Positions 30,842 to 42,617 are shown, counted from the whole stretch's first letter. The stretch is 63,444 bases of DNA, filler included, from Bigelowiella natans CCMP2755 (GCA_000320545.1; 11 parts of 11 records of this genome joined end to end with filler, not necessarily neighbours in it); one strand, 5' to 3'. The notes: generated by a model not told the origin, from the sequence alone. Made by a program: numbers and translations.

Positions 30842-30944
30842 ATTNNNNNNNNNNNNNNNNNNNNNNNNNNNNNNNNNNNNNNNNNNNNTTAATTAATTAA
30901 NNNNNNNNNNNNNNNNNNNNNNNNNNNNNNNNNNNNNNNNNNNN

Positions 30945-31034
<90 letters not shown>

Positions 31035-31099
31035 GTGTGTGTGTGTGTGTATGTGTGTATGTGCGTGCGAGTGCATACATATTTGGTATATATATACCC

Positions 31100-31608
31100 A
31101 ACATTTCTTTTGAGGATCGGTGCGAGCGTTTCATAATGAATTCACAACAGAGTCAATGTTGTCGTATTTTACCGGCAATTTCTCAAAATTCGCCTTGTCC
31201 GCGCCGCCTTGTGTGGGAGATGTTCAGTCACACATTTGAGATAATTCGATACAGATGCAGAATTTTTATTCTTGCATATAACTTCAACAACACTGTTGTA
31301 GCTGATTTTTCACTCCACCCAATTCGCAAAACTTATGAAACGGCTCACCTCCCCTGCCCGAAAGAGCGAGAAGCTTCATCGCATCCATCGTCATCAAATT
31401 TCGAAAGACGCGCTCGGTCCTGATATACCTAGGGGAAGCGACATCTTGTGTTAGTTATTATGTTATTGGGCATGAATCTATAGATTATGTGAATCGTTGC
31501 CATATTGCTACCATGGAATATCAGCCTTGACGATCTTTGCTTCGACCTTCTCTGCAGCTTCAAATGCAGCGCCGAACTCTATGTGTGTGTGTGTGTGTGT
31601 ATGTGAGT

Positions 31609-31657
<49 letters not shown>

Positions 31658-32670
31658 AGTGAGTGCGAATTTTAATTGCGTGTCACTGCGTCGGTAGTAA
31701 TTTCGTGTCATATGTCCCCGAGCTCCCCCCAACACACAAGAAATACGCATGAGTACTCCACAGCCAAGTATATTCCCTCTCAGCTATAGAAAGCAAAGCA
31801 AAATCACGAAGGACTTGATAACACAAGCCAAAAAAATGTGACGACGATGATAGCAACAGGGAAAAAATTGACAACCCGAATCCATCCTCGACGTTCTCTT
31901 ATTCCCCGTGAGCGTCTCTCTGCACAGATCTATCAATTCCTGGTAAAAGGCTGCGAAGTATCCCCTCCGAAGAAGGCCCGTGAGGCGGGGTGAGAAACCC
32001 CCCGCTTTCGCATTTTTGAGCGCATCATCATCTTCTTCTAGTTCGAGGACCACTGACGATGGTCGCAGAGCTGTTATCAATTTTGTTGCCTAAGAAGACG
32101 AGGGGGGGGGGGAGGGTTGAGTTGGCCGAGGCCACTACCAAATGTTATCTACGATCGGTGTTCTTTTCCTTCTTGTCCTAAGATACGTACATCTCGGTAG
32201 CTCTCTCGCTTGAAATGTGTCGTAGCCAGAAGGTAAATGTGCTTCCCTGGATTGTATGGGGACGGAGGAATGTACCTTCGCAGAAGGGGGGGGGAGAGGA
32301 AAAGGAAGGTAAACATGCAAACATGGTCTTCAGAAACAATATTATGTATAGGCGCACCACACATTCCGAGCAGTATTCTCCCCAACCAAGGTCTCGAGAT
32401 ATCTAGATCACATACAAGCAGCAAAGCTCAGAATGATTCGATGCCGAAAAGTGGGTATTCCATGCTACTTCCGAGAGTCTTTTCGTTTAAGTTGGATGTC
32501 CTCTTCAAATTCAGATTTTCCTTCCTGGGCACCCGCCCTCTTCATCCGGCTCCGACACGCAGCTGCACAAACAAGCACAACTCGATGTCGTCAACTCTCA
32601 CGTATCCTAGGTGCATAAACACGCACGCACCCCCTCTTTGAGGCTTCTTCTGCGCAGCACCCACCGACAT
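31100..32670 (-). CDS. TraB/PrgY/GumN-domain protein (multi-exon; ends approximate)
   Basis: IYLLATTHFKRESYRDV, LITALRPSSVVLEL and EFGAAFEAAEKVEAKIVKADIP match the TraB-domain pattern. Confidence 0.65.
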
Positions 32671-33627
32671 GAATCGAAAAGAAGGCTAGAATCGATGAAA
32701 ATAGGCTACCACGGCATTACCTGCTGCAAAGGCCGCCGACCCTCCGATCCAAACGCTCCGACAAACAGATGCCATTCCTTACTGGCGAGTGGCACGAGCG
32801 TAAATCAAATGAGGGAATGCATGAATCCAGTATTTCCAGAACAGGGAGAAGGAGTCGAATGGTGTCGAATTTACTCTCTAGCAACCCAATTTGTCTCTGT
32901 CGCTGATTGTGAATGAAGGGTGTTTCTTCTGAGGATTTTTGCCGATTTCTGCATGAGAAACTCGACGAAACATTCCTGCGACAAACAATCCATGGGGTGA
33001 AAATTTCCATGGATTTTCCGACAAAACTTCGCATGTAGCCGCTGGAGATCAAAAATAGAACCGGCACCCTGCTCGCATGTTTCCAACCGTTGGCTACTAA
33101 TGAATTTACGACTGGGGTAACTGACAGCGACAAACTTTTTCCCGTAGGAAAAATAAGGAAAATGGCTGTCGCATGTGTTGACATACTGCTCTTTATACCC
33201 AAGGAGCAACACCCCACTCCTCGGATATGGGGTTGTGTCTCCAAAGGATAAAACCTAACATATTTGTCAACTGCGACAATGATTATGGGGTCCAGAACCT
33301 GGATATCCAAGGCCTAATGGTATTTTTTTAGGTGATAATGGTACGAAGTTTCTGGTGTGTACCATGGGAACGCGTGGACCGGGATGGGGTGCTCTTCGGA
33401 TATTTACTGCACTTTCATCAGCAGCGGAAGGAAAGAAAGAAAGCGGAGAGGCGAAAGAAGTGGTAGCCGGAAACAAGAAAAACGGGTTCAATGAATGTCG
33501 TTTTATACGTGCGACAACGACAAAATACGGATTTCAAAAAAATTTCCAATACTTCGTGTTGATTTCTCACGGCCTACCCCAAACGCAGAGCCCAAAGGGA
33601 CAGACAAGTCAAACTCACACTCGAACA

Positions 33628-33967
33628 ATGTCTCTCCGCGCTACTGTCAACAAGATCCTCACAATTCCAACACGTCGCTTCCGAGTTGCTCCTCGAGTGG
33701 TGCTTCGTCGGTTTAGCACTCACCATGCAGAGACGGGAACAACGTCGTCGTCCTCGACTCTGCTAACGCGGACTTCGGCGTATACATTGGCGGGTTCCGT
33801 ATTCGGCGCTCTCCTCTTCTATGGAATGAAGGAACATTCCAATATCGACTGTCATCATGATCACGCAAAGGGTGACTACATGAGAGACACGTATATCTAC
33901 TGAGGGGCTCGAAATAATGGCTTCAAATTTCTGGCCATCAGTTGAATCAGGATGGATTGGAAGCTAA
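33628..33967 (+). CDS. Small putative mitochondrial membrane protein (2 exons)
   Basis: Arg-rich, acid-free N-terminus (MSLRATVNKILTIPTRRFRVAPRVVLRRFS) followed by one hydrophobic segment. A GT-AG intron at ~33872-33941 leads to VESGWIGS-stop. Confidence 0.55.
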
Positions 33968-34988
33968 CATTAGTTCACATTGGCCTTTGGTGCCGATTTA
34001 GTAGAAAACACATATTAGCCACGATTAAACATAGCAGCTCATGAATTTGTGAGCGTCCGATTCTGTAATTTACGTCTTGTTTGTTCCACTTCTGGATACT
34101 CAACATCAATTGTAGTTCTAGAAGCAAAATATGCTGGATTAATTCATCTGAGAGCGTCGCCTTAAATACAGTTTGGTGTGTAGAATACTTGATGGATTGT
34201 AGCGTTTTCAAAGTCATGGAACATCGTCAAAATTTACATAATAAAGTGTTTCAATGAGTAAACTCTTCTTGCCGGCAAGTCGTGTTTCGGTAAAAAAACG
34301 ATGCGTGTGAGAGCAGATAGTAAGAACAACAGCATGGACTGCCTTGTGTCTGTGCAAACATTTAACACTTCACGACAAATTACATTCGCCATCGCAAGAT
34401 CGCAACACATCGCATCGCAGAAATTGTGTAGCCCGCGATCCTGCATATCTAGACATGCTAGCATGTCGTACGCCAGATACATAGTGTACATTGCATGTCC
34501 ATCATAGTGCATGCGGCACACGAGGCTCCAGCGATCAACAGCAGCGTACGTAGGCTTTGATCATCATGTTACATTGAGATTGTACGTGGTACGTGTGTGA
34601 CACACATAAATATTAACTAGATTACAAGAATACACTATCTAGCTATGCGGCTAGCTAGCTCAATGGCTATTTGATGCGAGCGCTAGAGCGCAGCTTGCTG
34701 TTTGTTCATTTGACACACTGCTCTAGCTAGCTAGCCAGACCGTCAACAATGCTGATTCTCATGTGTACGTCATGCAATGCTAGAATGCTAGACATGCTAG
34801 CATGGAATCGAGTACATGAATTTTTGCAGACTTTGCGAATGTAATGGATGCATGCGTGCAGCACATGTACCGCCAAAGACTTAGCACGCATGCTATAACC
34901 TAGCTAGCTAGCAACACATTACAGCACATGGTGATTGCATGGCTGTGCACGAATAGCTTCGGTAGTTCAGCGCATAGATTCTCCGCCT

Positions 34989-35862
34989 CTAAGCTTTTTG
35001 TTCTTCAGCTTTGGGCTCCGTATCCTCCGCTGACGCTGTATCTTCACCACTGCTCTCAGACGTGGCTGCCTCTACCTTGTCATCTTCCTGTGTATGAAAA
35101 ATGAGCGTTTTTTCAATAAATTGATTTCTTCGTGAGTTTATGCAAGTCGATATGTACAACTCTTCTTCCCCTCCCTCCCAAATCGAAGCTGTTCTATTTA
35201 CCTCCGTCGCAGCGGTCGCACCACCCCCTTCCATGCACTTCTTTAGAATAGTGTTTAGGCGTGGGAGCATCGATCTGAGTGTATAAGTATCGCATGTTAT
35301 TATGATTGCTAAAACGGGTGTGTTCGTGTGCGTGTGCGGCCCCTGTCCTAGTCGTGGCATCCGGTGAAAAAAAGAAGAAGAAGAAGAAGAAAAAGAGGAG
35401 GAAGAAGAGAATTGGAAGGTGGAAAGAGAAGTTGACCGGCCAATCAACGTGATGATGATGATGATCATGATGATGATGAAAGCATTGGTCCTTTCGTCAT
35501 ACATTACCTCGGGTTGTCGAGAACATCGGCGGCGATGAGCGCGTTATCGAATATCTGCTCCGCTACTAGCTGTGCAATCTCCGGCTGATGAGGAAATAAA
35601 AGGGAATAAGCGTTGCCGATGTGGAAGAGCATTACGCAACCACTCGACCAATCTCCTCCTCCTCCTCCTCCTCCTCCTCCGGTTCCTATTCCTCCCAATC
35701 ATTTCCTTTCCCCTCCCCCTTCCCCTCTCCTAGAACCGTACTTGTCCGCCTTGGACGGAATGGAGCTGTTTCATGATAGGGTGGTGAGGGTTGATCTCTA
35801 GCTTTTGCTTCGGCAAGGCCATCTTCTTTTGCTCCTTTTCAAAAGAACAATTATAATAAGAA

Positions 35863-35893
<31 letters not shown>

Positions 35894-36241
35894 AAGAAAG
35901 GGAGGGGATAGTGGAGATCATCATCATCATCATCACCATCATCATCAATTCGCCCACCACCACCGCCACCACGAATAACTCACCATCATCTGCATCATCT
36001 TGCGGTAGTGAGCGGAGTCGTGGTCGACGATGACTGCTGGGGAGTCCACGAGTCTATTCGTGACACTAACGGATGAAACCTGCGCACAGAAGACAGGTAC
36101 AAATAAATAAGTGGCAGCAGCAAAGTTTCAGATAGCAGTGACGACTCGAGTGCGGGGCGAATAAAGAATCGATTGGTGACGCTGTGTTTGTGGGAGAAGA
36201 CTTGGGGAAAAGTTATCTTTAAAAGCTACGACGACGACGAC

Positions 36242-36291
<50 letters not shown>

Positions 36292-36610
36292 GAACCGCTG
36301 CCGCCGCCACCACCACCATTCACCTTAGATGCCAATGCGTTGGAGAGGTATTGTACAAGGTCGTCTCCGATGGGACTCTTTGGCAGTTCCTGACAACACA
36401 CACCCACGCAAATACCACCGCAAGCAATTGATTGTCTATCCGCACACGAAGGAAACAATGCAGAATCTCCCTCCCACCCCCCCTCCCCATTCTTCGTGGC
36501 GGTGCGATGTTCGTCTTTCTCCTCATGTGTTCTTCGTCATCACACCTTCTTGTCATCGTGCTCCTTGGACGCCTCGGACGACTCCACGGAGAGCAGCTTT
36601 CGTCCTGCAA
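34989..36610 (-). CDS. TRAP1: TRAP1/HSP75 (mitochondrial-type Hsp90), C-terminal exons only
   Basis: Exons GRKLLSVES, VSSVSVTNRLVDSPAVIV, KLEINPHHPIMKQL, PEIAQLVAEQIFDNALIAADVLDNPR-SMLPRLNTIL match the TRAP1 C-terminus. Upstream exons are not seen before the gap at 36696. Confidence 0.82.
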
Positions 36611-36695
36611 TGACGACGCACACGCAAGACGATATTACTCCGTATGAATGATCACCATACAATATGAGAGAACTTGCATGCATCATATCTTCGGT

Positions 36696-36795
36696 NNNNN
36701 NNNNNNNNNNNNNNNNNNNNNNNNNNNNNNNNNNNNNNNTTAATTAATTAANNNNNNNNNNNNNNNNNNNNNNNNNNNNNNNNNNNNNNNNNNNN
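36696..36795. other. Artificial scaffold linker (also at 10199, 14681, 22478, 30845, 45774, 47250, 55315, 60771, 61968)
   Basis: Identical 100-nt N-TTAATTAATTAA-N cassette with stops in all six frames. Confidence 0.97.
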
Positions 36796-37674
36796 ACTCT
36801 GTAATTTTTTAGAGATGACATCCCCATTTGTTTTCAATTGGATATTCGTAGTACCTGTAGTTGAACCTGTTGGTAATTCATTTACAAGAAAGTCCTTGTT
36901 AGTGATATTGATGTTCGTAGGATTGATAGTGAAATGGTCTATTTTCGTGCCTAAATTGTTAACATTGGTTGCATTGCTACCAATATTGGTTGTATCATTG
37001 CTTATATTAGTGGTATTGTTGGCAATGTTAGCTGTGTTTGTGGCTACATCAGTTTTGATGGTGTTCATCCCACTTTCATTCGTAGATATTCGGTTGGTGT
37101 TGGAAGTGACATTGCTTGCATTGGTGTTAGTTCTTGTGCTATTGGACTGAATAGAAACAGTATGTCCATTCATTGAACTCTCGTTGCTAACAATCCTATT
37201 GGTATTCTGTGTTGTTCTATCCCTGTTGTTAGCAACATCATCATCATTGGAAATTCTTTGAACCAAGTTCTCATTGACTTTGGTCGTGTCATTGGCAATG
37301 TTGGTGGTGTTCTCACTTGTCTTTGTCAGTTGGGTCGCAAGATCACCACCATCCAGGTTGATACTTGTGAAATTCGCAGCATCTCCTGCAATGGTCTTCC
37401 CAGCATTCAACTGAATGTTCTTGCTAAAGTCTATTCTGTCATTCGTCGTGGTCATTGTGCCATCTGTTCCTGCTGAAATGTTGTCATTGTTCGTCGCAAA
37501 ATTTTGATTGTTCAAGGCAAGTGAAGCAGATTTGACATTGTCTTCAACTGTTGTGTTTTTCACCCTGATCGCATCTTGAACCTGCATTCCTTTTGCTTCT
37601 AATGTTCCGTCGTTGTTTGCATCCATCATCAATCTGCCATCACTTGATCGTGCAAAATGATTTGCCGCACTCAT
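36796..37674 (-). pseudogene. Fibre/spike-like trimeric coiled-coil protein (3' end in gap)
   Basis: Asn/Thr-rich heptads (NTTNIANDTTKV, NTNRISTNES, NTANIANNTTNISN) resemble N-layer trimeric stalks of viral fibres and adhesins. Confidence 0.6.
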
Positions 37675-37736
37675 GCATGTGTTCAACACAGTTCAGACAA
37701 AAAAATGTCAAATGCACATTCATTCCAGAGTTCAAT

Positions 37737-37760
37737 TTCAACACCTTCAAGGGTGTTGAA
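37737..37760. terminator. Intergenic hairpin (9-bp stem) between viral ORFs
   Basis: ttcaacacc-ttcaag-ggtgttgaa downstream of ORF 37811..38422. Function inferred. Confidence 0.35.
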
Positions 37761-37810
37761 AGGGTTGAACATCAATGTTGGATTGAACATGCAAGTGCAC
37801 ATGATCAAAT

Positions 37811-38422
37811 TCAACTTTGAATGAAATTTCCTGACACTTCAAATTGAACTCCTGCCTTGATTCTCACAACTGGATTGGAAGGGTCGGTTTCATCTGTTTC
37901 TAAATGCTCTTCTGATTTCGCTAGACGAGGAAGTGCATCATCCAAATCCGCATTGTGTTGGTCAATTCTTGTTTGGATTTTTGCTTCAATGTCAGCATCA
38001 ACAGTTGCTTGTGCTGCTTCAACGGCATCTGATCTAGCACTGTCATTTGCATGCAATCCATCTGATCTGGAAATCTCACCATCCACAAAGGCATTTCTTG
38101 TGTTGTGAGCATTTTCTGAGGATGATCTCGCACCAGTTTCAGTCGCGAGTTTGCCTTCAATGTCAGTTTCATTGTCATCAATTTCTTGCTGCAAATTGGT
38201 GATTGCTTGTGCAGTGGCAGTGTCAGCATCATCTGTCTGTGTTTGCAATCCTGCTCTTGCTGCAGCATCAGCAGTCTCGCTGTCATTGCAAGTTGTCATG
38301 TGAGCATTCAAAGAATTTGACACAGCGGTCTTCTCTGCATCAATCCTTGTGATGGTCAAACCTGTGAGTTCTCCATCCATCAATGCGGCATTTCTGAAAT
38401 GTGCGGTAGAAGATGCGGACAT
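37811..38422 (-). pseudogene. Coiled-coil fibre-like virion protein
   Basis: Acidic Ala-rich coiled coil (AITNLQQEID, KLATETGAR, KIQTRID) ending in a beta-rich tip (VVRIKAGVQFEVSGNF). The 204-aa ORF has no Tyr. Confidence 0.5.
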
Positions 38423-38452
38423 CACATGACATGGTTCAGAAAATGATCATTT

Positions 38453-38800
38453 TCAAAGATTTTGTCCCTGCTCTGAGTTGCCTGTGACCTTCAAATCATG
38501 AGCGGTCGTTGTGCTCTTGTTCGCATGGTCCATCTGCAGTGCTTGTGGCATTTGATTCATCGCATCCAGCACATCCGCTTTGAACGATGTGATGTCGTTC
38601 TTTGTCGCATTCATCTCGCTCTTTGTCTCACCTGCTTCACTTTGTGGACTTGTGATTTCAGGTGCTTGCAATTGGTCATTTGCTTTGATTTCATCACATT
38701 CAATGTCATCCAAATCAAAGTCAACATTGCCGACATTGAACTCTGCTGCCTTGGTGGTCCCATCAACATTTGAACAGTTCGCAAAACTCACATTCATCAT
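38453..38800 (-). pseudogene. Hypothetical viral protein (fibre-like beta plus coiled coil)
   Basis: 115-aa ORF in the co-oriented cluster, with motifs similar to its neighbours (NVDGT, DLKVTGN). No Tyr and no TpA. Confidence 0.45.
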
Positions 38801-38879
38801 GACATGCTGTGCAATTCATTTGAAAAGAAAAAACATTGCATTCATTGAGCAATGATTGCAACATTTTTTTCAACAACAA

Positions 38880-40076
38880 TCAATTCATTTGCATGAGCAC
38901 ACTTTTCTCCACTTTGAAGTGTTCAGGAAGTTCTTCCTCTTTCCATTTCCCAAGTTCATCACTGATTTTGAAATGCATTGCTTTGCTTCTTGCCATCACC
39001 AAACCATCGGTGTGACCATGCACAACATCGTCTTTGCATTCATTCATCAAATCAACCACATGGGTTCTCACATGAGAGGCAAGAAATGGTGCTGTTCTGC
39101 AGGCACAGCATTTGAAATGCTTCTTTTCTTCTTCAAATTTGGTCAAGGATGACATCGCACATCCATCAGGAGCTGCTTTGTGTGTAGGGGTTTCATCACT
39201 TTCTCGGTCATCAATTTCTGTCACTTGCTTTGTGTTGACCTTTCTTCTCAATTTGGTTTGGAATGCACCCCACAGTTCATTCATTGTTAGTTTCACCAAA
39301 TCTTGAGATTTTGAATGAGGTGATGATCTGTGAAAGAATTCACCAAAGAGTTCAATTGATTTCATTTTTTCTTTGCAATGCAGACACTTGGTGTCCAATG
39401 GGTTCAATATCAATCCTAATTCTTTTGCTTGTTTCAGTTCAAGATGAGCATGAACATCATGTTTGTTGCATTTGAAAAATGCATCATCATCTTTGCTCAT
39501 TTCCATGTCACATGAACCATGATTGAATTCATGATGCTCATCAACTTGTTCCTGTGTTGTGGTTCTTGTCATGGGTGTCCCCAAAGGAACAGTGAAATGA
39601 TTGCTACACAGCACGGATGTGCATTTTTTGTTCAAATCCAATTTGACATGGTCTTTGTTTTGACATTCTCCATCTGCACTGTGTCGCATCCCACCACGAC
39701 TACTTTCATGTACCCATTCTTCTTCCATTTCTGTGGTCGCACCAAACTCTACCTCCTGTGGTCTAAACTGATTCCAAATGCATGAACTCATCTCTGCATC
39801 ATCGTGGTTGCTTCGTTTGTAGTCATGACCTGTGATTGCTTTGAACTGATGAAAATCGTTCATTTTCTTTCCATGTTCTTCAATCACATTGCTGTTCTTG
39901 GATGGTTTAAGAACACACAAATCACACCCTTCCAGTGTTTTGCTTCTTGGGATGTTCTCACCATCTGCAGTCAAATGGCATTCTTTCTCATCTCTGTTGT
40001 GATGGTGGACACCAAAGGTTTTTCGGTTGCAATTGGCAGCACATCTGCATTTCTTTTTTTTCGGCAACGTGTGCAT
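38880..40076 (-). pseudogene. polB: Family B DNA polymerase (protein-primed-like, short), mutated
   Basis: Motif A HVKLDLNKKCTSVL (cf. YxxxDxNxxY), motif B KLTMNELWGAF (KxxxNxxxG), RTAPFLASHVR, motif C HGHTDG (cf. YxxTD), and ELGKWKEE. Likely true ATG at 40076. Confidence 0.8.
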
Positions 40077-40121
40077 TGATGTGTGTGTGAAAGAGCATTT
40101 CTTCAAATGCTTTTTCGCATG

Positions 40122-40508
40122 TCATTTGAAACAATTGATTGGAACAGACTGCACAAAAAAATCGTCCCCATGAAGGTCTGTGCTACCGAACCCTTCTTGT
40201 CTGTTGCTTGGGCAGTGAACACCATCACCGAGTGTTGTCATTCTGCCTGACATTGGCATGTTGCATTGCAAGACATGAACGACTTGGATTTCTGTGTCAT
40301 CGTTCATTTTCCCTCTGTTTTTCAGTTTGTTCATTTTCTTAGAAACGATTTGATTTGCTTCATCGGCATCAGGCAGATGCTTTTCACCTTCCTTTTTGAA
40401 GTCACACCTTCCAGTGCATGGGAATTTGTTCCTTTTCTTTGCATTTTGTTTTCTTTCCTTGGATTCATTGTCACATGCTTGAAACTTCAATCTGACTCTG
40501 TTGCTCAC
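40122..40508 (-). pseudogene. Hypothetical viral protein, start codon inferred lost (TATATG->TGTGTG)
   Basis: C-terminal part of ORF 40122..41018, preceded by a recoded AT-rich spacer and a TTCAAAGA motif. Confidence 0.5.
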
Positions 40509-40547
40509 ACATTGTGCACACAAAAGAAACAAATCTTTGAATGCATG

Positions 40548-40912
40548 CTGCACATTTGCATCTACCTCTTCTTCATCATCTTCTTTCTTCATCAATTTCT
40601 CAAAGTGCAATCTTCCATTTGCTTCACCGAAAATGAATTTGTTTGCTGACATTTGCTTTTTGAAGTTGCTTTTAGATGCACAAACCTGAGACCAACTTTT
40701 GAAGTGTTCATGAACATCGTTGTGCAAAATTCCATCTCCAACATCATCAGCAACATCGCAATTCTCTTCAATGAAATTTGAGGTGTGATTGTCATCGTTC
40801 AAATGATCGTTTGTGAATTTTGATGCCTCATCAGGAGGATTCAATTTCTCCACATCTGCATGTTCTAACAATGGTTTGATGTGTTCTCCACGATGTTCTT
40901 TGCAGAGCCAGA
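40548..40912 (-). pseudogene. C-terminal remnant of a D5-like primase-helicase
   Basis: PPDEASKFTNDHLNDDNHTSNFIEENC...DVHEHFKSW...KSNFKKQM matches the D5 C-terminal winged-helix pattern (PxxVxxxTxxYxxxxxxxxxFixE...vYxxFkxW) once H/C is read as Y. The 5' part is replaced by the kinase insert. Confidence 0.6.
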
Positions 40913-42429
40913 ATGTGCTAGTGGATGAGCGAGGGGTGGCGAAATGGGCGGATTTTGGTCTGGCCTCCACCCACACGAGCTCCACCTTCTCGCAGATGAA
41001 GGTCTCCACTGGAGGCACACTCGAGTGGTCGCCTCCCGAACAGTTCAGTAGTGAATGCGGTCACAAGTCGGATGTTTGGGGACTGGGACTGGTGATGCAT
41101 CACCTCGTAGAGATGAGGATGCCGTTTGAAGGGGTGAGTCAGAGTGTCTTGGAGAGTGCCACAAAAAACGGGAGGCTGAAGTGTGACAAGATGGATGAGA
41201 CAGACCCGATTCTCAAGGAAACCACAAAATTGTGCCTGAACACAGACAGAACCAAGCGACCCAAGGCAGGTCAACTGGCCGAAGGGCTCAACAAGATTGC
41301 TCCTAAAATGAGTTCTCTCCAGTTTTTGAAGCAACTTGGATTGGACGACGAAGCAGAGGAGCTCAAAGAGAAGTTGGAGATGGCCGAGAAGAACAAAGAA
41401 GAGGCCGTCAGGGAGGCTGAAGCGAGAGCAGAAGCAAAAAGAGAGAAATTGCCAAAGGAGAAGCAGAAGGCAGAAGCGAAAGCAGAAGCGGATGAGAGGA
41501 AATTGCTAAAGGAGAAGCAGGAGGCCAACAACCGCATCCGGGAGCTGGAAGAAAAGCTGGAGCGAATCTCGCGACTGAGTTCGCCCAAGGAGAAACAGCA
41601 GGAAACGAAGAAGGCGATTGAGGACCATCTCAAAGAAGGGTGGAAGAAAATCCCTGATGTGAATGCTGAGAGGAATGGTTTGGGTGTGGCCGTTGGGGAT
41701 GGCAAACTGTTTGCTGTTGGTGGGTGTGATGGTAGCAATCGTCTCAAATCTGGGGAGTGTCTGGATTTGAAGAATGTGGATGCGGGGTGGAAGAAACTGC
41801 CTGATGTGAACACTGAGAGGTCAGGTTTGGGTGTGGCCGTTGGGGATGGCAAACTGTTTGCTGTTGGTGGACAGGATGAGGATGAAAATGATCTCAAATC
41901 TGGGGAGCATCTGGATTTGAAGAATGTGGATGCGGGGTGGAAGAAACTGCCTGATGTGGATGCTGAGAGGCGGCAATTGGGTGTGGCTGTTGGGGATGGC
42001 AAACTGTTTGCTGTTGGTGGGCATTGTCATGAAGACGGTGGTGATCATCTCAAATCTGGGGAGCATCTGGATTTGAAGAATGTGGATGCGGGGTGGAAGA
42101 AACTCCCTGATGTGGACACTGAGAGAGGTGCTTTGGGTGTGGCCGTTGGGGATGGCAAACTGTTTGCTGTTGGTGGGCATGATGATGGTGATTGTCACAA
42201 ATCTGGGGAGCATCTGGATTTGAAGAATGTGGATGCGGGGTGGAAGAAACTGTCTGATGTGAATGCTACGAGGGTGAGTTTGGGTGTGGCCGTTGGGGAT
42301 GGCAAACTGTTTGCTGTTGGTGGAAGTGATGGTGATCGTCTCAAATCTGGGGAGCATCTTCGCATCGCTGTGCAGACTGCTTCCGCACACACACCTGGTC
42401 CAGTCTGGAAAAAATGTGGTCATTTGTGA
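40909..42429 (+). pseudogene. 5'-truncated protein kinase + coiled coil + five kelch repeats, intronless
   Basis: QNVLVD, ADFGLA, GTLEWSPPE, KSDVWGLG, PFEG and CLxxxxxKRP are present, but the N-lobe and HRD are absent. Five GWKKLPDV..R..LGVAVGDGKLFAVGG repeats follow. Confidence 0.85.
41638..42360 (+). repeat. Five near-identical kelch-coding tandem repeats (~140-155 bp)
   Basis: Repeated gggtggaagaaa...ttgggtgtggccgttggggatggcaaactgtttgctgttggtgg...aaatctggggag. Confidence 0.95.
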
Positions 42430-42617
42430 CCATCTACAACTTCGCTCATCAGACAAATGTGGACTTCCATCAGTTCATCTCTCAGTTTGCGATGGAATTC
42501 AGGATTCAGTTCGGCTTTCAGTTCATCTGTCACGAGGACGATTTCACTGAGTTCATGGTCAACATCACAGATTTTGTCTGATGTGCTACTTTCACTCACT
42601 TGATCAATGTTGCTCAT
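42420..42617 (-). pseudogene. Small hypothetical viral protein
   Basis: 65-aa ORF preceded by the shared TTTGAAGA motif at the same spacing as in other element genes. Confidence 0.45.

Noticed and set aside
32900-33600. AAAATTTC-like words in divergent promoter regions
   Set aside because: Too degenerate to support by eye without enrichment statistics.
41638-42360. Regular repeats with variable inserts, superficially CRISPR-like or DGR-like
   Set aside because: They are in-frame kelch coding repeats. No cas or reverse transcriptase gene is present, and the changes affect both strands across the whole element.
41271-42456. Long antisense ORFs over the kelch repeats and elsewhere in the element
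   Set aside because: By-products of the loss of TAA/TAG stops and of repeat structure.
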